Assembly: GCA_963799775.1 (NCBI GenBank) | Contig: CAWCYD010000003.1 | Span: forward strand, 160,001-224,000 | Length of the DNA stretch: 64,000 bases | Direction: 5' to 3' | Origin: an uncultured archaeon | GTDB taxonomy: Archaea; Thermoproteota; Nitrososphaeria; Nitrososphaerales; Gagatemarchaeaceae | Shown: one piece after another, positions 40,549-51,595 of the stretch | How positions within the stretch are numbered: the stretch's first letter is position 1 | Layout of the letters: every line of letters starts with the position of its first letter | Made by a program: the position numbers and the translations under genes | The notes under the pieces: model-generated | Seen by the model: the letters and a program-made list of their open reading frames with translations, nothing else | Told to the model about the DNA's origin: nothing | Databases searched by the model: none

Positions 40549-41604
40549 CTACTGGTCGCAGGGCGCGATGCGCTCTAGCCCGTACGCGAGGGAGCAGTCT
40601 AGCTGGTCGTCGAGGTTGTTCCTTGCTCCCAGTATCCCGTCGATCGGGTCGTAGGAGTCGTACTTCGTCTCGCTGAATCCTGATGCGAGCACGCTCACCT
40701 GGAGCTGCGAGCTCGAGCCGCGGTAGTTGACTGCGTACTCCACGTCCAGCGAGGGGCTCCCGAACATCGACCCCAGCCGCTTCACAGCCGTGGCCGTCTC
40801 GCTTGCCGAGAGACTCGAGTCTCCGGTGAGGACGACGACCGCGTGACTGGCGTCTTTCATCCGGGCCTTCTTCCCAATCCCGATTATCGCCCTCGAGAGG
40901 GCCTCCTCCGCCTTGTCCGGCGAACCGGACGAAGCGCACGTCAGGAACGAGTAACCGTTCTGGGACACAGTCCCGAGCACCTTGCTCAGCCCGACCGGGA
41001 TCGAGTCCTCCGATTGCCTCGCGAGCAGCGAGCCCAAGGCCTTCACCGCCTCGTTGTTGGCGACCTGGTGCAGCTGCTTGAGGGTCGCTTCGCTCCCGAT
41101 GTTGAAGAGCGAGCCGTTGTCGACCACGACGACGCCGTTCGAGGTCGCCCTGAGCCTCTTCAGCGCCAATCCAGCGTAGAACCTGAACCTGTCCTCAAAA
41201 TCGAAAGGCATCACCGCGATGCTCACCGCGTCCGCACCCATCTGCCTGGCGAACCCGGCCATGATGGGGGCCAGCCCCGAGCCCGTCGCCCTCCCCAAGC
41301 CGGCAACCACGAACACGACCTTGGCGTCCCCCACGAGGCTCCTCATCCTCTCGTGATAGGGCATCGCGAACCCTCTCACCATCGAAGGGCTGGGCCTCTG
41401 CGCCAACGGCGCCTCGATGAGGACCCTCTCGCCTTCTCCCGCGGACTCGAGGTCCGCCGGGTCGCAAGTCAGATATGCGAACCGGTTCACCAGGGTCGTC
41501 TCCCTGCTAAGGGCAGACACAATCCTGATTCCCGCGCTTCCGATGCCTATCGCGACGACTTCAGACGAGGAGATGGAGCCAGACAAGACTTTAACAAGGC
41601 TCAT
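40549..41604 (-). CDS. Divergent FtsZ/tubulin-like protein
   Basis: GIGSAG, AGLGRATGSG, MPFDFE, VVVDN; T7-loop acidic residues absent. Confidence 0.8.
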   Translation of the reverse strand: MSLVKVLSGSISSSEVVAIGIGSAGIRIVSALSRETTLVNRFAYLTCDPADLESAGEGERVLIEAPLAQRPSPSMVRGFAMPYHERMRSLVGDAKVVFVVAGLGRATGSGLAPIMAGFARQMGADAVSIAVMPFDFEDRFRFYAGLALKRLRATSNGVVVVDNGSLFNIGSEATLKQLHQVANNEAVKALGSLLARQSEDSIPVGLSKVLGTVSQNGYSFLTCASSGSPDKAEEALSRAIIGIGKKARMKDASHAVVVLTGDSSLSASETATAVKRLGSMFGSPSLDVEYAVNYRGSSSQLQVSVLASGFSETKYDSYDPIDGILGARNNLDDQLDCSLAYGLERIAPCDQ

Positions 41605-41736
41605 TGGCCGATTGGATTAAATGAACCCACGCATCAAAAAAGTGGACAATTGCTCTACATAATATTCACCTATAGCAGAACTACCTAACAATTCTCTAAA
41701 GATTCCTCTGTTTCGCCTCTTTTGGAGGCAGAAGCT

Positions 41737-43246
41737 TCACCACTTGACTTTGAGCGTGAGCGGATGGGACGCCTTGACCTCGTCTATCCTCCCCACGCTC
41801 GTGTTCCTTGGCTCGTCGTCGAGGTCTCCGGCTTTCAGCCTCTCGAAGAGCGTGTTCAGGACGGCGGCGTAGTCGTCAAGGGACTCGACCGTCTCGGTCT
41901 CGGTGGGCTCTATCATCAAGGCTTCGTCGACGGTCAGCGGGAAGTAGACCGTTGGGGAGTGGACGCCGTAGTCCAGTATGGCCTTTGCGATCTTCCCGGC
42001 GCCACCGTGGGGGCCTCTCACGGAGACTATGGCCTCGTGCTTCCTCCTTATCCCGCCTCCGACCGGGATGGAGTACCCCTGCGGGTTCAGCTTCGAGAGG
42101 AGGTAGTTGGCTCCCAGGACCGCGAGGCTCGAGACGTTGTCGAGCCCGTCCGCTCCGAGGAGCCTGATGTACGAGTAGGCCCTGAGAAGGATCGCAGAGT
42201 TGGCGTAGAACCCCTTCAGCCTCCCGATGCTCTTCGGCCGAGCGTAGTTGAGGCCGTACTCCTCGCCTTTCTTCTCCACGAGAGGAACGGGGAGGTAGTC
42301 CTCGAGCTCCTTCGACGCGCCCACAGGCCCCGCACCGGGCCCTCCGCCCCCGTGGGGCGTCGCGAAGGTCTTGTGGAGGTTGAGGTGCACGACGTCGAAC
42401 CCCATGTCCCCCGGCCTCGCCTTGCCGAGGAGTGCGTTCATGTTCGCGCCGTCGTAATACATCATCCCGCCCGCATCGTGTATCGCCTTTGAGATCTCCA
42501 ACACGTCCGGCTCGAAGAGGCCCAGCGTGTTGGGGACTGTGAGCATCATGCCGGCGGTCCTGGGCGTGAGCTTCTCCTTCACCGACTCGACATGGACGAG
42601 GCCGCTCTCGTCCGAGGGGACCTTGACCACGTCGAAGCCTGCCATCGCGGCGCTCGCCGGGTTCGTCCCGTGCGCGGAGTCGGCAACGAGGATCTCGGTC
42701 CTCTCGCCCCTCCCCACGTCTTTCAGGTACTTCTTTATCATGAGGACGCCGGCGAACTCTCCTTGGGCGCCTGCGGCGGTGCTCAGCGCGAACCTGCTCA
42801 TCCCAGTGATCTCGCAGAGCATCCCGGAGAGCTCGTAGAAGACCTGGAGGAGCCCTTGGACCGTCGAGTCGTGCTGGAGGGGATGGGCCTCCCTCATCTT
42901 GGGCGAAGATGCGATCGCCTCCGACACCTTGGGGTTGTACTTCATCGTGCAGCTCCCCAGGGGATACATCCCCGTCTCGACGGAGAAGTTCATCTGAGAG
43001 AGCCGGTTGAAGTGCCTGAGGAGCCTGGAGCTCGGACAGCTCCGGGAGTGGCGCCTCCTCCCCCCTCCTCACGGTTTCGGGGAGCATGCTCGCCGCCTTG
43101 GAGCTTGCCCACTGCTTGATCTTGGGGTCATCGGGGACCGTGAACCCTCGCCTCCCCTTCCTCCCCATCTCCGAGAGCAGGGGTTCGTCCCAGAACGCCT
43201 GCCGATATCTCCTCGTCGTGCTCGCCCTTGTCATCGTCTCTTCCAA
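41737..43246 (-). CDS. gcvPB: Glycine dehydrogenase subunit 2 (frameshift near 43020)
   Basis: YPLGSCTMKYNP, SAHGTNPASA, HLNLHKTFATPHGGGGPG. Confidence 0.95.
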
Positions 43247-43250
43247 GCGG

Positions 43251-44660
43251 CTAGATGACCTCCGCGACAGCGCTGACCAGCTTCCCGATGTCCTCGCTCG
43301 TGTGGACCTCGGTCACGCAGAACGAGCCAGCCTCGCCTATCTGGGTGAGATGCCCGGAGAGCGGGTAGCCTGCCATCAGACCTCGCTTCGCCAGCTCGGT
43401 GAAGATCCAAGGGGCCTTCCTTCTCTGGTATCCGACAGTGAACTCGTTGAAGAACGCCCCCTCGAAGAGGGGCGCCTTCACGCCGTTGAGCTTCCCTATC
43501 ATCTCCGCCGCATAATGTGAGTTCGCCAGGTTCACCTCCCCGAGCCTCTTGAACCCTGTCCTGCCAAGCATCGACATGTAGGCCGCCGCCGCGAGCGCGA
43601 GGAGCGCCTGGTTCGTGCAGATGTTGGATGTCGCACCCTCCCTCCTGATGTGCTGCTCCCTTGTCTGGAGCACCATGCAGAACGCCTTCTGGGAGCCATC
43701 CTTGGTGGTCGTCATCCCGATGAGCCTCCCCGGCATGCTCCTCGCGAGACCGATGTCCTTGACGGCGAAGACGCCCATGTGGGGCCCGCCGAAGTTCATC
43801 GGGACTCCAAGCGGCTGCCCTTCGCCCACGGCGACGTCGGCCCCGTAACTGCCGGGGTCTCTAAGCACGGAGAGCGATATCGGATTGACCCCCACTATCA
43901 CCAAACCTCCTGCCTTGTGCACCATCTCGATCGCCTCCTCCACGTGCTCTTCGATGACTCCGAAGACGTTGGGGTTCTCCAGGTAGAGCGCCGCGACGTC
44001 ATCACCCGACTGCGAGAGCCTGGAGCCGAGCGACTTGAGGTCGATCCCCCCGGAATTCGAGTCGAACTCCACCGGCATGAGCTTGATCCCCATGGGTTCA
44101 GCGTAGGTCTTGATGACCTCGCGCCTCCCCTCTCCTATGCTCTTGGCACACAAGATCGTGCTCCTCCCCTTGACCCGCGATGCCATCCTGACCGCCTCGC
44201 CTGCCGCGGATGCCCAGTCGTACATCGAGCTGTTGCACACCTGCATCCCGAGGACATCGCACATCATGCTCTGATACTCGAATAGGGCCTGGAGCATCCC
44301 CTGGCTGATCTCAGGCTGATACGGCGTGTAGGCGGTGTAAAACTCCTGGCGCGATAGGATCGAGTCGACCGCGGCCGGGATGTAATGGGGATAGACGCCG
44401 CCTCCCAGGAAACAGAGCTGCTCCGGCGGAGTCTTGTTCCTCGCTAGCTTGCCTTGGAAGTCCCTTCTCACCAGGGCCTCCCCCTGGCCGTCGGGGATGG
44501 CAAGCTTCCTGTTCAGACGCAGGCCCTCGGGTATGTCAGAGAAGAGGTCGGCGATGGAGTCGGCCTTCACCTGTTTCAGCATCTTCTCGATGGTCTCGTC
44601 ATCGAGATTAGGCAGGAAGGGGTGTGGCTCTACCAAGTCGAGGGGCGAACCACCCACCAA
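43251..44660 (-). CDS. gcvPA: Glycine dehydrogenase subunit 1
   Basis: YTPYQPEISQG, LQTREQHIRRE.ATSNICTNQ. Confidence 0.95.
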   Translation of the reverse strand: MVGGSPLDLVEPHPFLPNLDDETIEKMLKQVKADSIADLFSDIPEGLRLNRKLAIPDGQGEALVRRDFQGKLARNKTPPEQLCFLGGGVYPHYIPAAVDSILSRQEFYTAYTPYQPEISQGMLQALFEYQSMMCDVLGMQVCNSSMYDWASAAGEAVRMASRVKGRSTILCAKSIGEGRREVIKTYAEPMGIKLMPVEFDSNSGGIDLKSLGSRLSQSGDDVAALYLENPNVFGVIEEHVEEAIEMVHKAGGLVIVGVNPISLSVLRDPGSYGADVAVGEGQPLGVPMNFGGPHMGVFAVKDIGLARSMPGRLIGMTTTKDGSQKAFCMVLQTREQHIRREGATSNICTNQALLALAAAAYMSMLGRTGFKRLGEVNLANSHYAAEMIGKLNGVKAPLFEGAFFNEFTVGYQRRKAPWIFTELAKRGLMAGYPLSGHLTQIGEAGSFCVTEVHTSEDIGKLVSAVAEVI

Positions 44661-44848
44661 CTCGAACGGTTAAAATACGCTTCCTCAATCCTTAAATCCA
44701 ATCCGCGCAAAAATCGTGCTAGTCAGGTCTCGACCTCGAAGGTGGTCGGGTGTCTGCGATTACCCCGCGTTCCCGATAGGCTTTCCGTCTCTGAAGCGAA
44801 TCTGAAACAAACGAATTAAATACGTATCAGCTTTGGCTGAGACGAACT

Positions 44849-46543
44849 TTGAACTGGAGAGCCCTGCTGGCAGTGGTCGTCGCAGCGGGCCTAGCGCTTC
44901 AATTCGTGCCCGCATTCTCGCAGGGCAGCTCCAGCTCCGGCGTCGCCACCGTCACGGTGAAGCACTTCTACATCATCACGTCTTACGGATTCGGCGTCCT
45001 AAACGACAGCTTCACCTTCACGAACCCCGGGAGCGCGTCCTCCGTGCAGATCCCGACGATCCAGGTCTCGCTTCCGAGCAAGGTCGCCATCAGGACGGTG
45101 GGGATCGTGCTCAGTCCGAGCAACCAGTTCTCGATTGCCACCGGTCCTTCGGTAAACGGGACGAGCGTGGCGACGATCACGCCCAACTCGCCCACGCTGG
45201 CGGCGGGCCAGAACCTGACAGTCGCCTTGAAGGCCGTCCTTGACAACATCATGAACTACACCACGTCGACGGGTTACGACAGCGCCGCGAAGATGCTCGT
45301 GCTCCTCAGCCCGGGCCTGAACCTCGACGTCTCGCAGATGAAGTCGACGATAATACTTCCCACCGGCGCAGCCTTCGCGGGGACGCCGGCGGGTTTCGCG
45401 GCCCCAACGGGCAACTCCACCTCCAGCCCGACCTACACGATGAACCAGACGGCCATCCAGCCTCGCCCCCTCGCAGAATACCTGAACTTCACGGAGACGA
45501 ACCAGAGCGCGTTCACTCCCGTCACGGTCAACAAACTCGTGCGGACTATCGTGCCTTCTTCCAACGGCATCCCGATGGTGGAGGATTACTTCTCGCTCCA
45601 CAGCATCGCGGCGTACAACATCGCGCAGATACACATCTACCTCCTCAACCCGTCTCTCACGCAGGTCAGCATCCTCCCAGGCTCGGACCCGCCTCTGCTC
45701 AATCCGCAGATCACGCCTCTGGGCAGCGGAGAGATGGCCTTCGCCGACAACAGCCTCTCCAGCGAGCTCCTGTCGAACAGCAACTTCTCGCTCACAGTGT
45801 CCTATCCTCTTCCTTCTTCTATGATTACCACCAGCGGCAGCAAGGTGACCGTGATGGTCCCATATTCGCCGATAATCGCCGCGCCTGCAAGGAACTACAC
45901 CATCGCCCTCGCGCCCGCGAAAGGGATCGTTCCCTCAGGCCCCACGACGATGACGTTGAGCTCAGCGACGCCGTTCACTCCGGGCACGGCAGATTTCACA
46001 TATACGGTGAGCTTTGGCTGGGCGGCCGACCAGGCGATACCCGCAGGGGTGCTGGTCTTCGCGGTGGCCTTCGCCCTGTTTGCTATGCAAAAGCCCTCGA
46101 CCGAAGAGGAGACCGAAAGCGAGGAGAAGACAGTCCGAAGGACGGCGGACGTCCTTAGTGCGTTCGAGGAGAAGACTGCGCTAGAAGAGCAAAACGTCAA
46201 TGAGCTCTCCTCCGCCCAGAAGGGGTCCGTTGGGAAGAACGACTTCGACCGCATGCGGAACGAGATCAGCGACCTCAGGTCGCGCGCCCTCCAGAGGCTC
46301 TCGGAGATGAGGCAGGAGCTCGGCTCGGGCAAGCAGTATGAACTCCTCGGACGGGTGGTCGAGGCAGAAAGGGAAGAGGACAGGGCCTTCAGGGACCTCC
46401 TCAACCTCTACCAGCAGTATCTGGGAAGCAGGATGAACGAGGAGACGTTCAAGAGGCTCCAGCCCAACTACAGGAAGAGGCTAGACTCCGCGATAAACCG
46501 TCTCTCGGACCTTCTCCACGAGACGCAGACCGAAGAAAAGTAG
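44849..46543 (+). CDS. Type I membrane protein, ribophorin-I-like architecture
   Basis: Signal peptide, beta-rich S/T-rich ectodomain with several NxS/T sequons, one TM helix, cytoplasmic helical domain. Confidence 0.6.
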   Translation: MNWRALLAVVVAAGLALQFVPAFSQGSSSSGVATVTVKHFYIITSYGFGVLNDSFTFTNPGSASSVQIPTIQVSLPSKVAIRTVGIVLSPSNQFSIATGPSVNGTSVATITPNSPTLAAGQNLTVALKAVLDNIMNYTTSTGYDSAAKMLVLLSPGLNLDVSQMKSTIILPTGAAFAGTPAGFAAPTGNSTSSPTYTMNQTAIQPRPLAEYLNFTETNQSAFTPVTVNKLVRTIVPSSNGIPMVEDYFSLHSIAAYNIAQIHIYLLNPSLTQVSILPGSDPPLLNPQITPLGSGEMAFADNSLSSELLSNSNFSLTVSYPLPSSMITTSGSKVTVMVPYSPIIAAPARNYTIALAPAKGIVPSGPTTMTLSSATPFTPGTADFTYTVSFGWAADQAIPAGVLVFAVAFALFAMQKPSTEEETESEEKTVRRTADVLSAFEEKTALEEQNVNELSSAQKGSVGKNDFDRMRNEISDLRSRALQRLSEMRQELGSGKQYELLGRVVEAEREEDRAFRDLLNLYQQYLGSRMNEETFKRLQPNYRKRLDSAINRLSDLLHETQTEEK

Positions 46544-46584
46544 TCGCTGCAGCCGTCCGTTCGGACGCCGGCTTTGGTCGTCTT

Positions 46585-47533
46585 CTAACTGCCGAGGAAT
46601 ATCGGGCTGCTCGTCTTGCTAGAAGCCAGGACTGCCTCGGCGATCCGCGTGACCATGAGCCCGTCCTTTCCCGTGACCAGTGGCTGCCTGCCCTCCGTGA
46701 TGGCCGCCGCGAACTCCTTCAGCTCCAGCATGAGCGGCTCCTGGATCGTGTGCTTCGGGACCTTCGTGCCCGACTCCTCGTGCACCTGGATCTCCTGCGA
46801 AATGAAATCCAGCGTCACCACTGCCTTCTCGAAGACAGCGCTCAGCTGCCTCACGCGGCTCGGCGTGACCCAGTTGGTGATTATCATCGCGGTCCTCTGG
46901 TCGCCGAACCCGAGGAGTATCGTCGCGAAGTCCTCGTTCTTCCCCATCACGCTCCCCACCCTTGCGTAGACCGTCTTGGGCTCCTCGCCGAAGAGCCACC
47001 TCGCCGTGTCGATGTCGTGGACGGAAGCGTCCTTGACGACCCCGACGTCCACTATGTTCTCGCCCCTCCGGTTCTCCCTGTGGTATTCGAAGAGGATGGG
47101 CCTTCCGAGGTTCCCCTGCGCCACCATCTTCTTCAGCTCGGTGATCGCCGGGTTGAACCTCTCGATGAACCCCACCGTGAGGATCTTGCCCCGCTTCTCG
47201 GCCGTGAGTATCAGGGCCCTGGGCCTCCTTGGTCGTGCTCGTCATGGGCTTCTCCACGAAGGTGTTGAACCCCCCGTTCAGCGTCTTGCTGGCGACCGCA
47301 AAGTGGGTGGAGGCCGGGGTGCAGACCGTCACCCCGTCAGGCTTCTCTTTCTCGAGGAGGTCGTCCACGCTCGTGTATCCCGGCACCCTAAACTTCTCAG
47401 CGAAGGCACGCGATCTCCCCGCGTCGAGGTCGCACACGGCCGCCAGGTAGCCGAGGTCGCTGAGCACCCTGACGTGGTTCTTCCCCCAGCCACCGGTCCC
47501 GATGACGGCTATCCTGACCATGAGAATGGTCAC
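46585..47533 (-). CDS. Gfo/Idh/MocA oxidoreductase (frameshift near 47220)
   Basis: IAVIGTGGWG, FVEKP, GFIERFNP, HDID. Confidence 0.9.
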
Positions 47534-47570
47534 GCGCCCCGCTGACCGTTTTAACGGTTTGCGGCTGAGT

Positions 47571-48711
47571 TCACGCCCGGGAGATGCCCGTGGTGGCCTT
47601 GAGTATGGTGATCTCCGTGCTCCTCAACGTCTTCTTCAGGCCCTTGAACCACTCGTGGTCCGCAGGGGTGCAGACTATCGCCACGTTGTGCTTGTAGCTG
47701 TCGATGAGGTCGTCCGTCCTCGAAGAGACGTCCACCTGGCGGACGTCGGTGACGTAGTCCCTGAGCTTCTCGGTGAGAGACTGGGCCGTCAGGAGCCTGT
47801 CGGCCCGCATCTCGTACCTGTCGCCCGACCACGCGACGAGCACCCGCGTCCTGCTCGCCTTCAGCTGGAGCTCTCGGAGGAGGTCACGGGTCTCCTCGAC
47901 GACGTATCTCTCGTAGTTCTCCAGGCTCTTCACCGCCGCTCCCGCGAGGTAGGTGATCGGCTCGCCGACGTCCTCGCTCGACTGGATCGCCGTGAGGTCG
48001 AAGATCAGCGAAGCCAACTGGTCCACATATCTCTCCTGGTCTGGGCTCATCGTCGCGTCCATCTCCCAGGCCTTGCGCTTCAGCTCGATCTCCGCCGCCA
48101 TCGAGGTGCAGACGGCCAGCACCCGCGAGATGTAGTCGATCTCCAGGCCCGAGATGTCGCCGTAGGCGACCTTGAACCCCATGTCCTCCAAGGGCGTGAA
48201 CTCCTTCGCCGAGGCCTTGGTCCCGAAGACCGCCACCGGCCCATCCGTCCCGGGAGGCAGAGGCCCCACGGGGTGATAGGCGTAATTGAGACGCTCGCCC
48301 ACCTTCAGCCCGGTCTGCTTCTCGAGCATGGCCACGTTGTCAGCGTTCCCTCCGACGCCGGTTGGGAGCATGTTGATGACCGTCGACCCTGTCGAGGCAT
48401 ACTTCGCGACGTCCCTCAGCTTGCCGTTCGCCTCGATGACCGATTCGTCCCCCATCTTCTTCAGCTTCGGTGTGAACATGACAACTTCGGCCTCCGAGAG
48501 GAGCCTGCGAGACAGGCTTCAGCCCCATCAGGGTCTCGTCCCCGAAGAGCTGCTGCACGGTCTTCCTCGATTTCACTATCCCGGGCTCGAGGTCCATCGC
48601 CATCTGGAGCGTCTCGTCGACTATCGTCACGCTGCACTTGTCGAGGATCCGGGCGGCAGCGGAATATCCTTCGCTGGTGAGACCGTAGATTGCAACCTTC
48701 GGCTTGGGCAA
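47571..48711 (-). CDS. Nucleotide-sugar dehydrogenase-like protein, degenerate (frameshift near 48505)
   Basis: Rossmann-like start AIYGLTSEGY, LPTGVG..LEKQTGL..YAYHP; no catalytic Cys motif. Confidence 0.55.
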
Positions 48712-48750
48712 AGGAAGAGAGCTCTAGGCCGCCATCCTTCGCGCGTGAGA

Positions 48751-49161
48751 TTATAGACTTTCGATTTGCATTCGTTTCCGCCGGGCTGGGATCATCGGGA
48801 GGGCCGCCGACCTCTTCTTCTCGGCCTCGTTCATCTTGACCCGCGCTCTTACCAGCCTCTTCACGAGGCCGACGGGCATCTTGTTGTCCAGGGGAAGGTG
48901 GACCGCCGACTTCGTCGTCACATAGCCGGCCAGGACGCCCTTGTGCTCGTCTATGACTGGCGGACGGAGATATAATCCGATGAAGGAGCTTTGGAGGCCG
49001 AACCAGGCTAGCCGACCCTTGTACTCGTAGTAAGGCATCTTGTAGCTGATGCTCTCCTTCGCCTGAGGCGCGACCTCCCTGATCGCAGCTCGGACCTCTC
49101 TTAGCTTTCCCTGCACCTCCTTGGGCGCGGACAATATGTATTCGTCCACTGTCTCCGTCAA
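48751..49161 (-). CDS. DUF1801/YdhG-like protein
   Basis: TVDEYI, ESISYKMP, KLV/KRLVRAR. Confidence 0.8.
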   Translation of the reverse strand: MTETVDEYILSAPKEVQGKLREVRAAIREVAPQAKESISYKMPYYEYKGRLAWFGLQSSFIGLYLRPPVIDEHKGVLAGYVTTKSAVHLPLDNKMPVGLVKRLVRARVKMNEAEKKRSAALPMIPARRKRMQIESL

Positions 49162-49315
49162 ACCGGTCGCCTAACGTCCCGTAAGGGCGATTTCTAATAG
49201 CCTTTGCAATAAAAAGGGCATGGGGGCTTTTATCGTATTTTGACTGATTTTACTCCGGTGTATCCGTCTTTTGCGTCCAATGAAATGGACCTGCGCTGTC
49301 GGGGCTGGGTAGAGC

Positions 49316-49984
49316 TTGGACTGGACATACATCTCGGGATTCTTCGATGGGGAGGGCGGGATAACCGTGGATGCCCCGAAGGGTTCAAGAGTTCTTGTTT
49401 TGAGTGTGGGAATTTCGCAGAAGAGCAAAGAGGTGCTTGAAATCATTGCAAGATTTCTCAAAGCTCACGGGATTAGCTCCCGATTTGCTGTCTCAGGAGC
49501 GGGAATAAACAGCCTCAGAATAGAAAGAATCAAAGACATAATTAGTTTTCTCTCTCACTTGACGCTTATCGTGAAACTGCGACAGGCCGAGGCAAGTATA
49601 GATTATCTTCGAGGTCGCATCACGGGAAACGAATTGCTGTCAATCTTCAGGGAAGAACACCTCGGAGGGCGACGGCGATTCGCACCTTTTCCCCGTAGAG
49701 AGTGGAATTTTGATTTGAACCATGAGCAGGCAAAACGGCTGGCCGAACAAGAACGCGGAAAGGCATCGGCGAAGGCTAGGAATTGCTTGAACTCGGACGA
49801 TCTTCGCGCGATGGTCTTCAAGCTACCCTTGTCGTTTGGCATTCAAGATGTTGCCGACTCATTCTCCGTCTCAAAGCAAAGAGCCTCTTACATAGTTAAG
49901 CTCATGAGACGCCAAGGGTTTGTTGTAGGCGAGCTACGCTATCACTCACACCCGAGAACCCTGGTTTGCAAGAGAACGATTTAG
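49316..49984 (+). CDS. Free-standing LAGLIDADG homing endonuclease-like protein with C-terminal HTH
   Basis: WTYISGFFDGEGGI, ISQK, LIVK; low-GC island. Confidence 0.85.
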   Translation: MDWTYISGFFDGEGGITVDAPKGSRVLVLSVGISQKSKEVLEIIARFLKAHGISSRFAVSGAGINSLRIERIKDIISFLSHLTLIVKLRQAEASIDYLRGRITGNELLSIFREEHLGGRRRFAPFPRREWNFDLNHEQAKRLAEQERGKASAKARNCLNSDDLRAMVFKLPLSFGIQDVADSFSVSKQRASYIVKLMRRQGFVVGELRYHSHPRTLVCKRTI

Positions 49985-49998
49985 GGATGCGAAAAACC

Positions 49999-51059
49999 AT
50001 GAGATTATGGTTTGACATATTAACGCCAAAGCAACTTCTTTTTTTTCGGCCCGTCATGGATGAACCTTCGAAACGAGGGCCACGAGGTCTTTGCTACTTC
50101 GAGAAGATACCGAGAGGTCGAACAGATGGCTTCGAACCTCGGACTCAATCTGTCCTTTGTGGGGTCTAGAGGAGGCAAGGAACCTCACGACCAGCTTCAG
50201 CGCAGCCTCGAGCGGATGGAGAAGATGCTCCCGCTCGTCTCCAAGTTCTCCCCTGACCTCTCCGTCTCCGTGGCCTCGGCAGACTGCGCGAGGATCTCGT
50301 TCGGCCTGCGGGTGAGGCACGTCGCGGTGAACGACTCCCCGCACTCGCTCGTCGCGGGGAAGCTCTCCCTCCCGCTCTCACACCACCTGCTGACGCCCTG
50401 GATCATCCCCTACTCCGCTTGGTCGGTCTTCGGGATATCGAAGGGCCAGGTCACCCGATACAGGGCGCTCGACCCTGCCGCGTGGCTGAAGCGCAGGAGG
50501 CCTTCGCCCGCACGCGGCCCCCCTCGGGAAGGCGAGAAGGCCACGATACTCGTCCGCTTGGAGGAGTCATATGCCCCGTATCTAGCCGGCAGCGACGAGT
50601 CGTGGACTGAGAAGGTACTCGCCCAGTTGGAGAGCGATTTCCAAGGACATAGGCTCGTGGCCCTCTGCCGCTACGAGGGCCAGCTCTCGAGAGTCAAGGA
50701 GCGGTTCGGCTCCGCCTTCGAGGGTCCCCCAGCACGTGGTCGACGGCGCAGAACTCCTGAGGGGATCCGACGTGTTCGTGGGGATGGGAGGGACGATGAC
50801 CACGGAAGCCGCCTTGTTGGGTGTCCCCGCAGTCTCTGCGTTCCAGGGGGCCGAGCTCTACACCGAGAAGTATCTCCTCTCCAAGAGGCTGCTGTTGAAA
50901 GCGAGAAGCCCCGCCGCTGTCTCCAGGTGCGTGCGGCTCTCGCTCGTGCCCCGCTATGCTGAAGGATATCAAAAGAGGGCGCGGGCCTTGCTCGACTGGA
51001 TGGACGACCCGGTCGCTGCGGTCACAGGCTATCTCGGCTCTCTGGAAGCGCCCGCTTGA
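49999..51059 (+). CDS. DUF354-family (GT-B-like) protein, two frameshifts
   Basis: MRLWFDILTPKQLLFF, NDSPH, RLEESYA, GMGGTMTTEAALLGVP. Confidence 0.85.
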
Positions 51060-51234
51060 AGGCCATCTCCTAATTCCCTGCGGCTCTATACTTCTCAAGC
51101 CTCGCAATATATTCTATCGATAACCAATAAATCGGAAAGTGTGTCTCTTGGAAACGAGTGAAAAAGAAAATGGAAGAAATTGTAATGGGACAGCCGGTGC
51201 CGGACGCAGGGCCCCTCGACGAACGAAAGGCCCC

Positions 51235-51459
51235 GTGATGAGGACGCTGGCGAGATTCCACGAGTGCGATGTCGACACGCTGCAGAACAGGGTCGACGCG
51301 AACGAGCTCGACCTCCACGAGATCCTCCAAGAGATGGTCGCGAAGAACGAGGTGGAGGCGATGCCGACGGCGGGCCGAAGAGAAGTCTTCGCTCTGACCC
51401 TCAAGGGATGGGGCGAATACCTGCGGGTGCTCGGCTCAATCTACGAGCTTACAGAGTAG
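51235..51459 (+). CDS. Small winged-helix-like protein
   Basis: LHEILQEMVAKNEVE...VFALTLKG. Confidence 0.5.
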   Translation: MMRTLARFHECDVDTLQNRVDANELDLHEILQEMVAKNEVEAMPTAGRREVFALTLKGWGEYLRVLGSIYELTE

Positions 51460-51595
51460 TGAGCAGGGCTACCGCCGTTGCGAAGCGCTAGCCCCGTCCG
51501 CGATTATTTTGTATCGATTCGCCACATGATTTATATCGCGTTCGGGATGACATCCGTTCGGATGTCTCTACGCGGTCTCGCTTGGTCTGCCTGGA

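Noticed and set aside
31625-43246. Frameshifts in grpE, dnaK, dnaJ, apt, metG and gcvPB (and elsewhere) as pseudogenes or programmed frameshifting
   Set aside because: Single-base indels are scattered through essential genes without slippery sites or other decay; sequencing or assembly error is the simplest explanation.
49190-49990. Intron or intein hosting the LAGLIDADG gene
   Set aside because: No interrupted host gene, BHB pair or intein terminal motifs were found.
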